A stretch of 64,000 nt of DNA from an uncultured bacterium. GTDB lineage: Bacteria > Verrucomicrobiota > Lentisphaeria > Victivallales > UBA1829. Made by a program: the position numbers and the translations under genes. Below the pieces are notes generated by a model, which was not told where the DNA came from, did not search any database, and saw only the letters and a program-made list of their open reading frames with translations. Location of the stretch: assembly GCA_902778895.1 (NCBI GenBank), contig CACYZF010000004.1, positions 69,821-133,820 on the forward strand, read 5' to 3'. Positions 31,522 through 39,757 of this stretch are shown piece by piece (within the stretch, counting starts at the first letter, position 1; each line of letters starts with the position of its first letter).

Positions 31522-31606
31522 TTTTATAACTTTGCGCTGTTTTGTTTTATGTTTTTGCGCAGTTCTGTTTTATATCTTTGCGCAAAATCATTTTATATCT
31601 TTGCGC
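31522..31606. repeat. four iteron-like direct repeats with an exact 23-bp period
   Basis: TTTTATA(A/G/T)(C/T)TTTGCGC starts at 31522, 31545, 31568 and 31591. Confidence 0.8.
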
Positions 31607-31663
31607 TGATTGTCCCGATGCTGCAGAAGAAACACAGGCGTGCTCCGAGAAAAAGATCCCGTC

Positions 31664-31871
31664 GTGGACAGGCTGGACAGCCTGGACAGCCACTGATCCT
31701 TACCCTATGGGAAACCCAGAATTACATGGTAGATGTTGCCCGGTGAAACAGGTTCTTCCACATGCGCACGCGCATGGGGAAATCCGGATAACAAGGATAG
31801 AAAAAGTGTTACAATCTGGGTTTCCTATGGACCGTAGGTAGATACCTGTCCAGCCTGTCCAGACTGTCCAG
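31664..31871. repeat. 206-bp three-tier palindromic element
   Basis: Outer tier: 3 x 9-bp (N)CTGGACAG arrays at 31665-31689, inverted at 31846-31870. Middle tier: GGAAACCCAGA boxes at 31710-31720 and 31815-31825. Centre: palindrome CATGCGCACGCGCATG at 31761-31776. All tiers share a centre near 31768. Confidence 0.8.
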
Positions 31872-32001
31872 TTGAGGTAGATCATGTTCAAGAACGTGTT
31901 TCAGTTTTCTTTTCCGGGACGACTATGGATTTTTCTTCTTTTTGACGTTTTCGCTTTATTGGAACCATGTGAAAGCGACCGTTCAAAACAAGGAGACGCA
32001 A

Positions 32002-32331
32002 ATGAAAGACATAACCCTGGAACTTATCAAAAACATTCTTGCCGTTGACGACACCGTAAGCAAGGACAAGGCGGATGACATTCTGTTTGCTTGTACCCAG
32101 GTCCGGACTGAGACACAAAAATGTCGTCACCTGATCAACGCTAAGGAAGCCATGAAAATCATTGGCGTGTCACGTCCGACGCTCAACGGGTACAGGAAAA
32201 AAGGATTCATTACCCAGGTCGTTCTGTCTCCTCGGAAGGTTCGATTCGACGAGGAAAACGTCAGGCATTTTGCGGAAAAGGGAATCCAAGGAACAAAAAC
32301 GGATTTCTGTAGCGTGGATAACACACTGTAA
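32002..32331 (+). CDS. excisionase/MerR-type helix-turn-helix DNA-binding protein
   Basis: Start trimmed to MKDITL, with AAGGAG upstream. INAKEAMKIIGVSRPTLNGYRKKGFI...RKVRF matches the Xis/AlpA-type HTH pattern. Confidence 0.65.
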   Translation: MKDITLELIKNILAVDDTVSKDKADDILFACTQVRTETQKCRHLINAKEAMKIIGVSRPTLNGYRKKGFITQVVLSPRKVRFDEENVRHFAEKGIQGTKTDFCSVDNTL

Positions 32332-33009
32332 AAAAAGCCGGAGCCAAGGCTTAAACTCCTTGAAAACTCCGGGATGCAATGCAGTCCCCGTTGGCATGGC
32401 TGCATCAGTTTTTCCATGCCGGGTTGTTTCGCCTCACGCTCAGGCGAAGATGGCGGCAGGGCGACCGTCCAGCCCGAACGCCCGGTTCAGGGCGAGATAG
32501 CTGTGGTCCACACGCTGAGGCGTGTACTTTTTTACGATCTCGGTTGTAAAGATAGACACATCGTCAGATGTCTGACGATGTGCAACTTTTAAAAGTAGAT
32601 TCAATATTATGTTCATATTTTGCTTCCATGCAGAACTGTAACACGATGATATGCAAGAATCACTCTAGTTTTTAAATTTCGATTATACTTCTGCATTGAT
32701 ATTACATCATACTTGCGCCTTTATGTCATATAGTTATGAAATTAAATTTTATACTTCATGTTGAAAATTCATTGTACAGTTCTGCACGATATGAATTGAT
32801 ATAATGAAATCAAGATAAATCATCTCTATTCTTTTACTTGTTTTGATTTCTATCATTAAACTGACGCGCTATGACATCGTTACATTCAGGACGCTGGCGA
32901 TCATTGCCGGAGAAACGCGGGTTCGAAGGTTGAGAATAATGGCAGGACGGGATATGAGGATAATCCGTCCCCTGTCATCTGTTTTTTTCGGAAAAGACGA
33001 GTTTTTTTC

Positions 33010-33037
33010 TTGATTTTCTAAAGAATCATGATATTTT
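33010..33037 (+). promoter_or_regulatory. candidate promoter of the flp operon
   Basis: TTGATT-N16-TATTTT inside the AT-rich spacer. A strong RBS, TAGGAGGT, lies 7 nt before the flp1 ATG. Confidence 0.35.
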
Positions 33038-33094
33038 ATATTGTGGATCTTATATTGTGCACAATAACCCAAAACTCTTATAGGAGGTTACGCT

Positions 33095-33346
33095 ATGAAG
33101 TTCAAGTCCCAGAAAAAACACGCCGTCATGATGGAATACGTCATCATCGCAGTCCTGATCGCAGCCGCGGTCGTCGTGGCCGTGATCATGTTCGGCAAGA
33201 ACGTTTCCAGCGAAATGAATGTGGCGACGAAGTCCATGTCCGATGCGAAGGGCGCGGCAACCGCTCAGAAAGACATCCAGACGCAGTCCGAGAAGGATAT
33301 CAAGGCTGCGAACGAACACGAAAAGGCCATGCACAACTACAAATAA
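33095..33346 (+). CDS. flp: Flp/Fap-type prepilin 1
   Basis: KKHA-VMMEYVIIAVLIAAAVVVAV is the Flp leader plus EY motif and hydrophobic helix. 83 aa. Confidence 0.75.
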   Translation: MKFKSQKKHAVMMEYVIIAVLIAAAVVVAVIMFGKNVSSEMNVATKSMSDAKGAATAQKDIQTQSEKDIKAANEHEKAMHNYK

Positions 33347-33358
33347 GCGAGGCTGATT

Positions 33359-33607
33359 ATGCTGACTGTTCGAAAAAGACATGCCGTGATGATGGAATAC
33401 GTCATCATCGCGGTCCTGATTGCCGCCGCGGTCGTCGTGGCCGTGATCATGTTCGGCAAGAACGTTTCCAGCGAAATGAACGTGGCGACGCGTTCCATGT
33501 CCAATGCGAAAGGCGCTGAAAACTACCAGAAGAATATTCAGACGCAGTCCGAGAAGGATATCAAGTCCGCGAACGAACACGAAAAGGCCATGCACAATTA
33601 CAAGTGA
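33359..33607 (+). CDS. flp: Flp/Fap-type prepilin 2 (tandem paralog)
   Basis: RKRHA-VMMEYVIIAVLIAAAVVVAV. Near-identical to flp1 apart from the leader and a few C-terminal residues. Confidence 0.75.
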   Translation: MLTVRKRHAVMMEYVIIAVLIAAAVVVAVIMFGKNVSSEMNVATRSMSNAKGAENYQKNIQTQSEKDIKSANEHEKAMHNYK

Positions 33608-33630
33608 GCGTTCGCTTTTTAACTCGATTC

Positions 33631-33673
33631 GGACAGGAATGACGCGAATGCCTTGTTCCTGTCCTTTTCTCTC
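33631..33673 (+). terminator. hairpin plus T-rich tract between the pilin genes and the assembly genes (attenuator-like)
   Basis: GGACAGGAA (33631-33639) pairs with TTCCTGTCC (33656-33664), followed by TTTTCTCTCTT. Confidence 0.5.
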
Positions 33674-33678
33674 TTGAC

Positions 33679-34236
33679 ATGAACGCGTCGAACCTGATTC
33701 TCATCAAGCTGGTCCTGGCGACGCCCTGGCTGATCTGGCTTTCGGTGTGTGATTGCAAACGGCATGAACTCCCGAACCGCCTGACATTCGGCGGAGCGGC
33801 AGTCATGGCCGCGGTCGCTCTCGCCGCGGGCATTGATTATCTGCTCGGGTCGCTCATCACGGCGTTTCTGTCCATGCTCTTCCTGCTGCTGCCGTTCTTT
33901 CTGCGTGCGGCCGGCGCGGGCGATGTGAAGATGCTGTTCGCGGCGGGGCTGACCGCCGGTCCTCCGGGCCCCGAAATGGTCAACTTGCTGGTTCTGATCT
34001 TCATGGTTTCGCTGGCCGGTCTGCTCCTGGCCGTGGTGATGCTGCTGATGAGGCGGGTGAACACGGCGCGTCTGAAGCATTATCTGCGCTGCCTGTTCGA
34101 TTTCCGGTACGACCGCGAGGCGGGACGGAAGGCGATGCCGCCGCCGGACACGGAGGCCTGCCGGGTGCCGTTCGGCGTGGCGATCGCGATCGGAGTGTGG
34201 AGCTATCTGCTGATGCAGTTCATCCATACGATTTGA
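33679..34236 (+). CDS. tadV: A24-family prepilin peptidase (TadV/CpaA type)
   Basis: Polytopic membrane protein. First catalytic Asp context is SVCDCKRHELPN, second is AAGAGDVKMLFAAG. Confidence 0.85.
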   Translation: MNASNLILIKLVLATPWLIWLSVCDCKRHELPNRLTFGGAAVMAAVALAAGIDYLLGSLITAFLSMLFLLLPFFLRAAGAGDVKMLFAAGLTAGPPGPEMVNLLVLIFMVSLAGLLLAVVMLLMRRVNTARLKHYLRCLFDFRYDREAGRKAMPPPDTEACRVPFGVAIAIGVWSYLLMQFIHTI

Positions 34237-34249
34237 ACGAGGTGCGGCA

Positions 34250-34915
34250 GTGGTCAAGCGAAAATCATTTCTGAGAGAACGCAAAGGCGCCGTCCTGCTG
34301 GAGTTCGTGCTCTGTTTCCCGATCCTGCTTGTGCTGTTCTTTTTCGCGATCCAGCTGGCGCAGATCATGATCACGTGGCAGGTGGTGCATTACGCCGCCT
34401 TCATGGGCGCGCGGTCGTCCATGGTCACCAACAATATCCAGCGTCAATCCCAGGCGGAGAAGGTCGTGAAGCGCATCCTCGCGGTCGTTTCCGCCTCGCC
34501 TGTCGCAAATGGCAAAGGCGGCAAGGACGACCGGACGAAAGACGAATACTGCAAGCTCGACGGCTGGGGCTATCTGCCCGACACGAAATATCTGGAGAAA
34601 CAGGTGTCCGTCGACATCCCGCTGGTGGACATCGACCCCTCCGGCGTGCGCTGCACGGTCAAGTTCAAGATGTTTCTGAACGTCCCGGTCGCGGGCCCTC
34701 TGATCGCGTTCTTCGCGAACCCGAACAAGAAGGAAAAGGACTGGCAGAAGAAGCTCGACAATCAGGCGTACGCCCTGAACCCCGCGCTGCTCGCGGACGA
34801 TCCGCAGACGATCGAGCCGGATAAAGACTTGAAGATCCCGTATATCGAACTCAGTTCCACGAGCGTGGTCAACATCCCGTACGGAACAAAAAAATACCCG
34901 CTGGACGTTTTCTGA
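34250..34915 (+). CDS. TadE-like pseudopilin
   Basis: GTG start. RERKG-AVLLEFVLCFPILLVLFFFAIQLA is the TadE N-terminal signature. Confidence 0.75.
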   Translation: MVKRKSFLRERKGAVLLEFVLCFPILLVLFFFAIQLAQIMITWQVVHYAAFMGARSSMVTNNIQRQSQAEKVVKRILAVVSASPVANGKGGKDDRTKDEYCKLDGWGYLPDTKYLEKQVSVDIPLVDIDPSGVRCTVKFKMFLNVPVAGPLIAFFANPNKKEKDWQKKLDNQAYALNPALLADDPQTIEPDKDLKIPYIELSSTSVVNIPYGTKKYPLDVF

Positions 34916-34917
34916 AC

Positions 34918-36663
34918 ATGACGAACACACTTCCGACAAGCGTATGGGGCGTATTCAAAGCCCGCAGCACCGAGCTGGCGAAGGGAAACTCCGGCGCGGC
35001 GCTCGCGATTACGCTCGCGTTCGTCATGCCGATTTACCTGATGGTGATCGGGATCTACGGCATCGGCGAAGTGGTGCGGAACAAGATCGAGATCCAGAAC
35101 GCGGCGGACGCGGCGGCATATTCCGCGGCGGTCGTGCAGGCGGACTACCTCAGCCGCATGGCGACGGTGAACAAGGCGATGGCCTGGACCTACGTGGACC
35201 TGCAGAAACGTTCGCTCGACCTGGCGATGGATACGTTCTGCGCTACGGTCTTCACCAATTTCTCCAAAGATTTAGCAATGTGCGTCTCGCAGAACAGCCC
35301 GTGCCACATGCATACGCCGGGTCTCAATTGGAACTGCGGAACTGACGAACTCGTCTATGACAGCGTTCTCAAATTCGCCGGAACGGGCGTCGGCCTCCCG
35401 CTTGTGGCAAAGGAGTTCAACGGACAGGGGATGCTGTCAAGATTCCTGCTCAACCAGACCTATCATATCGCCGTGGCGAACATCAAGGGGAAAGGCACCG
35501 TCAGCAATCTGCCGAAGGTGATGACATACAGCTACAACATCATCAAGATGACAAAGAAGCTCGTCAATCTGAGGGACGAATACCAGAAAAAGGTCAAGGA
35601 GACCGCCCAGCAGATCGCCATCGCGAACATGATGGAATGTAAGGACGATTATTATGTAAAAGTCCACATGGGCGACATCAATCTGAGCTTCCTCACCATG
35701 CCGGGGACCGACGAAAACGAACAGACTTTCATCGCGTTTGCCGACCCGACGCTGAAGAGTTTCAAGCCGAAGGACGTGTTCGGCCGGGGGACGGACGTCT
35801 GGGTGAAACAGAAATCGCCCGTCGGCTTCTGGCGCGTTTACAAGCAGCAGAAAAAAGTCCTGTATGCGGAATGGGACTGGTTTTGGACCAAGTGGCGTCA
35901 TGTTCAGATCCTGTGGTATCAGGCCCACCTGCCGCCTTTCGCGCGCGGCTCCGGCGGCTGGAAGCGCGGCCACCCAAAGATCAAGGGAACCGACTTTCCG
36001 CTCATCAAAGAGAATATGCCAATCGGCCTGGTCGTTACGCCCGCGATTCCGATCACGCTTCTGCCGACCTTCTTCGGCAAGAGCGGGACCATCACGGTCG
36101 CGATCGTGCGGAAAACGGCGAATCCGCTGGCGAAATTCGACGGTCTCTTCTCCAACGCACAGTCGCTGACCGCGTCCGGGATACTTTCCGCGTTCAATCC
36201 GAGCGTGGGGAACGGCAGCCGTCCCGAGTTCATGTGCGCCATCGCGACCGCCCGCGCGGGCTACAAGACATACAACAAGGACAAGGAAGCAAAGATGAAG
36301 AGCTCCGACTACAACGTCGGATATGTGAAGGAAAGCCGCGAAAAGGAATGGAACCTGGTGGAGACCGACTGGGACGGCGTGATGCTGCCCGTGAAGCACG
36401 CCTGGGACCAGTGCGCCGGGGTCGGGATGGCGCAGACATTTGTCCCGCTTCCCGGAAGCGGCAGCATCCTGAAAGACATCTTCACCGACCGGAAGGGCTG
36501 GGTCGATTCGAAGGGGAAAGCCGCCGACGAGAAAAAGCTGCCCGAATGGGATAAGCTGAAGCCGCCGGGGGGCCTGATCACCGAGGATAACAAGAACAGC
36601 GGCGGCAAGAACGCCGAACAGAAACTGGACTGGGACAAACTCCGTGACTACCTTGGACATTAA
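34918..36663 (+). CDS. TadG-like (Tad_N domain) pilus assembly protein
   Basis: GNSGAALAITLAFVMPIYLMVIGIYGIGEVVRNKIEIQNAADAAAYSAAV matches the TadG/Tad_N pattern. 581 aa. Confidence 0.7.
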   Translation: MTNTLPTSVWGVFKARSTELAKGNSGAALAITLAFVMPIYLMVIGIYGIGEVVRNKIEIQNAADAAAYSAAVVQADYLSRMATVNKAMAWTYVDLQKRSLDLAMDTFCATVFTNFSKDLAMCVSQNSPCHMHTPGLNWNCGTDELVYDSVLKFAGTGVGLPLVAKEFNGQGMLSRFLLNQTYHIAVANIKGKGTVSNLPKVMTYSYNIIKMTKKLVNLRDEYQKKVKETAQQIAIANMMECKDDYYVKVHMGDINLSFLTMPGTDENEQTFIAFADPTLKSFKPKDVFGRGTDVWVKQKSPVGFWRVYKQQKKVLYAEWDWFWTKWRHVQILWYQAHLPPFARGSGGWKRGHPKIKGTDFPLIKENMPIGLVVTPAIPITLLPTFFGKSGTITVAIVRKTANPLAKFDGLFSNAQSLTASGILSAFNPSVGNGSRPEFMCAIATARAGYKTYNKDKEAKMKSSDYNVGYVKESREKEWNLVETDWDGVMLPVKHAWDQCAGVGMAQTFVPLPGSGSILKDIFTDRKGWVDSKGKAADEKKLPEWDKLKPPGGLITEDNKNSGGKNAEQKLDWDKLRDYLGH

Positions 36664-37345
36664 GACGTTATTGAAATCCGGGCGGGGATCGGTCCTGATG
36701 GAATTCGTGCTGGTTCTGCCGGTTTATATCGCGGTCATGGGCGGCACCCTGTGGATCGGGATGAAGTCGCTGGACGCGATCAATCTGCGTTCGGCTGACC
36801 ACTGGTCGGTCTGGAGCGAGGGCAACCGGTTCCAAATGCGTACGCCCGCCATGGTCGCGCTGCGGGACATGTTCCCGCGTTCCACGCTGGCCACGACGAA
36901 CGCGGCGCGGCGTCTGGAGGCGGAACACAGCTATCTGCAGTTCATCGCGTCGAAGACCACGATCATGGAGACTCGTCCGGACTATATCTCGAACTGGATG
37001 GACATGCCGTACACGATGAGCGGCCAATCGAAATCGCCATGGCAAATCATCCCGGAGCTCTCGATGTCCTCGTCCCGCTTCGGCAACAAGTACACGCAGT
37101 GCATTGTCATGCGCACGAAGGCGTCCAAAACCGCGAAACGCCACTGGCATTCGAGCCTGATCGCCGACAGGGGCATCTGGAAATTCGAGGGAAACGAGGA
37201 CAAGTATCCCTCCAAGTGGGAACTGAAGCTGATGGACAAAATCAAATACAAGGACGACAAGAAGGAAGAAGAAAAGGAACCGAAGAAGATCGACTTCTAC
37301 GAACGCTATGACACATATGAAGACTGGAGCGAGCCGGAGAAATGA
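36644..37345 (+). CDS. TadE-like pseudopilin 2
   Basis: GRG-SVLMEFVLVLPVYIAVMGG. GTG start overlaps the previous gene by 20 nt, so the start is uncertain. Confidence 0.65.
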   Translation: MTTLDIKTLLKSGRGSVLMEFVLVLPVYIAVMGGTLWIGMKSLDAINLRSADHWSVWSEGNRFQMRTPAMVALRDMFPRSTLATTNAARRLEAEHSYLQFIASKTTIMETRPDYISNWMDMPYTMSGQSKSPWQIIPELSMSSSRFGNKYTQCIVMRTKASKTAKRHWHSSLIADRGIWKFEGNEDKYPSKWELKLMDKIKYKDDKKEEEKEPKKIDFYERYDTYEDWSEPEK

Positions 37346-37788
37346 AGCGTCTGATGCCGTTCTTTCTGGTCTTCCTGCTGGTCTTCCTTTGCGGCACCGG
37401 ATTTCTGATGCTGAAAAGCGTGACCGCGAAGCCGGAGCCGCCCCGTCCGCAACAGCGAATAACGGAGCCCGTCAAGGGCGTCCTTCCCGCGCTGAATCTG
37501 CAGGACGAATCGAAGACCGCGCCGGGGACGGACAGCTGGGAATTCGAGGGACAGGTCAACTCGAATTACATTTCGACCAGAACGAAGTTCAGCGCGGCGC
37601 TGCTGCATGACGGCTGGAAGCCGGAGCGGCAGATCACGCTGGACGACAAGCTGTCTCCGCGCGTCCTGCTGACGTTTCAGAAGGGCGACCTGGAACTGAC
37701 CTTGATGCTGTGGAAAATTGATACCGGTACGACCGGTTTTACGTATCGGAGGGATCGAATCATCAACCCCGGAGTGGAACTTCAATGA
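37342..37788 (+). CDS. signal-anchored protein, function unknown
   Basis: ATGA-coupled on both sides. N-terminal MKRLMPFFLVFLLVFLCGTGFLML. No recognisable motif. Confidence 0.5.
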   Translation: MKRLMPFFLVFLLVFLCGTGFLMLKSVTAKPEPPRPQQRITEPVKGVLPALNLQDESKTAPGTDSWEFEGQVNSNYISTRTKFSAALLHDGWKPERQITLDDKLSPRVLLTFQKGDLELTLMLWKIDTGTTGFTYRRDRIINPGVELQ

Positions 37789-38861
37789 ACGAAAAAGACG
37801 CATCGTTTCTTGTCCTGTTTCTGGCGCCCGTCAAGGACTATCTGGCGGACGACAAGGTCTCGGAAATCCTGATCAACGGCCCGAACCAGATCTATATCGA
37901 GCGCGGCGGCAAACTTGAGGAGACCGAGGCGAAATTCGCCAGCGAGGCGCAGCTGAAGGCCGCCGCCGTGAACATCGCGAAATCGGTGGACCGTCAGCTG
38001 GACGAGATGCACCCCGACCTGGACGCCCGTCTCCCGGACGGTTCCCGCGTCCACGCCACGATCCCGCCCATCAGCCGCTGCGGCACGATCATCTCCATCC
38101 GCAAGTTCAAAAAGGATATGCTTACGCTGGAAAAACTCGAGGGATTCGGCAGCGTGCCGCATGAGGGCGTGCTGCTCCTGAACGCCATCGTGAAGTTGAG
38201 AAAGAACACCATCGTCTCCGGCGGAACATCCTCCGGCAAGACGTCCGTCCTGAACGCACTGAGCGGGCTGATCCCGGACAAGGACCGCATCCTCGTGCTG
38301 GAAGACGCCAGCGAGCTTCAGCTTCAGCAGCGGCACTGCGTCTACTTCGAGACACGCAAGCCGGACAAGAACGGACAGGGCGAGTTCTCCATCCGCGACC
38401 TCGTGATCGCGTCCCTGCGTCTGCGTCCCGACCGCCTGGTCATCGGCGAAATCCGCGGCGGCGAGGCGCTCGACCTGCTGCAGGCGATGAACACCGGCCA
38501 CTCCGGCTCCATGTCGACCATCCACGCGAACACCCCGGTGGATGCCCTGAGCCGTATGGAAACATGCTCCATCATGAGCGGCATCGAAATGCCGCTGACC
38601 GCCATCCGCATGCAGGTGGCCTCCGCCATCAACTGCGTGGTTCACACCATGCGCCTGCCCGACGGTTCCCGCAAGATCGTGGAGATCGCCGAGATCCTGC
38701 CGCTGGAACACGGCGAATACCGCACGCGCACGCTGATGAAGTGGCACACGGATTCGCTCGCGCCGGACGGGACCGTCTCCGGACGCTTCATCCTCGGCGA
38801 AAAGCCTTCGTTCGCCGACGACGCGAAGATCATGGGCATCGAGCTTCCGGACTATCCATGA
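37785..38861 (+). CDS. CpaF/TadA/VirB11-family secretion ATPase (short form, no FHA)
   Basis: Walker A GGTSSGKTS. Asp box ILVLEDASEL. Walker B RPDRLVIGEIRGGEA. His box GHSGSMSTIHAN. Confidence 0.9.
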   Translation: MNEKDASFLVLFLAPVKDYLADDKVSEILINGPNQIYIERGGKLEETEAKFASEAQLKAAAVNIAKSVDRQLDEMHPDLDARLPDGSRVHATIPPISRCGTIISIRKFKKDMLTLEKLEGFGSVPHEGVLLLNAIVKLRKNTIVSGGTSSGKTSVLNALSGLIPDKDRILVLEDASELQLQQRHCVYFETRKPDKNGQGEFSIRDLVIASLRLRPDRLVIGEIRGGEALDLLQAMNTGHSGSMSTIHANTPVDALSRMETCSIMSGIEMPLTAIRMQVASAINCVVHTMRLPDGSRKIVEIAEILPLEHGEYRTRTLMKWHTDSLAPDGTVSGRFILGEKPSFADDAKIMGIELPDYP

Positions 38862-39757
38862 CGGGAAACGGGTCCGGCAGCGCATTTTTCTCCGGCGAAA
38901 TCGTCTGCGGCAGCGTTCTTCAGCAGCTTCTCCGCGTACGGGAAAACAGCCGGGAGATCTGGCTGGCGTACGATACCGGCCTCAAGACCCATGTCATCCT
39001 CAAATTTATCCGTGAGGATGATCGAGGCGCGGAGCATCTTCCCGAACTTGCGGATTTCCTTATGCGGACGAAAAGCCCGTCGCTGATCCGTGTTCTGGAA
39101 GCACCGCAAAAAGTTGCCGGATACATCGTCGAAAAACAGGAGTATGCCGTCGGCGGCTCGCTGACATCAAGACTAAAACACTCGGGCAGGCTTCCCCTCG
39201 CGCAGACCGTCTATGTCATGCGGGAGGTGCTTCTTGCATTACAGGAGCTCCATACGAACGGGATCATTCACCGCGACATCAAGCCCGGCAACATCCTGAT
39301 CGCGTCGGACGGCGAGATCAAGGTGGGGGATTTCGGGATCGCGCGTCCGGTGCGGTTTTCGGAGAAAGGCCCCGATGTCTTCGGCACGCCGTCCGCCATG
39401 TCGCCCGAACAGACGCTCGACACGACGAAAGTCGATTGCCGCACGGATTTCTTCAGCCTGTCGTCCGTGATATATGAACTCCTGACATGGCGTCCGCGAT
39501 TTCCGCACGGGACACTGCTGGAAACGGGTGCGCTTGTCAGGAAAAGCCGTCCGGAGGACCTGGTGCGGGATTTGCAGCCGTTTGCAACGACGGACCTGTG
39601 TCATCTGCTGGGCTGGATGGCGGAACCGGACCCGGTGAAGCGGCCCCCGACAGCCGGGATCATTCTGGAAGAGCTTGACAGGCTTCGGCTGCCCTGCGAG
39701 CCATTGTCAGGAGAGCGGAAAACGCCGGAACAGCAGAGCCCGCCGGAACGAGCTTGA
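38858..39757 (+). CDS. Hanks-type Ser/Thr protein kinase
   Basis: Start trimmed to MTGNG (ATGA overlap with the ATPase stop). VILKFI Lys, catalytic loop HRDIKPGNIL, DFGIA, GTPSAMSPE. Confidence 0.9.
   Translation: MTGNGSGSAFFSGEIVCGSVLQQLLRVRENSREIWLAYDTGLKTHVILKFIREDDRGAEHLPELADFLMRTKSPSLIRVLEAPQKVAGYIVEKQEYAVGGSLTSRLKHSGRLPLAQTVYVMREVLLALQELHTNGIIHRDIKPGNILIASDGEIKVGDFGIARPVRFSEKGPDVFGTPSAMSPEQTLDTTKVDCRTDFFSLSSVIYELLTWRPRFPHGTLLETGALVRKSRPEDLVRDLQPFATTDLCHLLGWMAEPDPVKRPPTAGIILEELDRLRLPCEPLSGERKTPEQQSPPERA

Noticed and set aside
31522-31606. The direct repeats considered as a possible mini CRISPR array
   Set aside because: There are only four repeats of about 16 bp with a 23-bp period, so there are no spacer-sized unique segments. 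No cas genes are in the window. The repeats sit just upstream of the -35 element of a promoter, which fits iterons or operators better.
31664-31871. The long palindromic element considered as a retron msr/msd or other structured ncRNA
   Set aside because: No reverse transcriptase or other ncRNA-associated gene is nearby. The symmetry is built from tandem 9-mers, which is more typical of protein-binding DNA or MITE ends. I kept it as a DNA-level finding instead.
32440-32556. Roughly 38-codon minus-strand reading frame ending ...YTPQRVDHSYLALNRAFGLDGRPAAIFA
   Set aside because: It could be the C-terminal remnant of a lost island gene. But it has no start codon context, the frame is closed just upstream, and I cannot recognise a family, so I did not annotate it.
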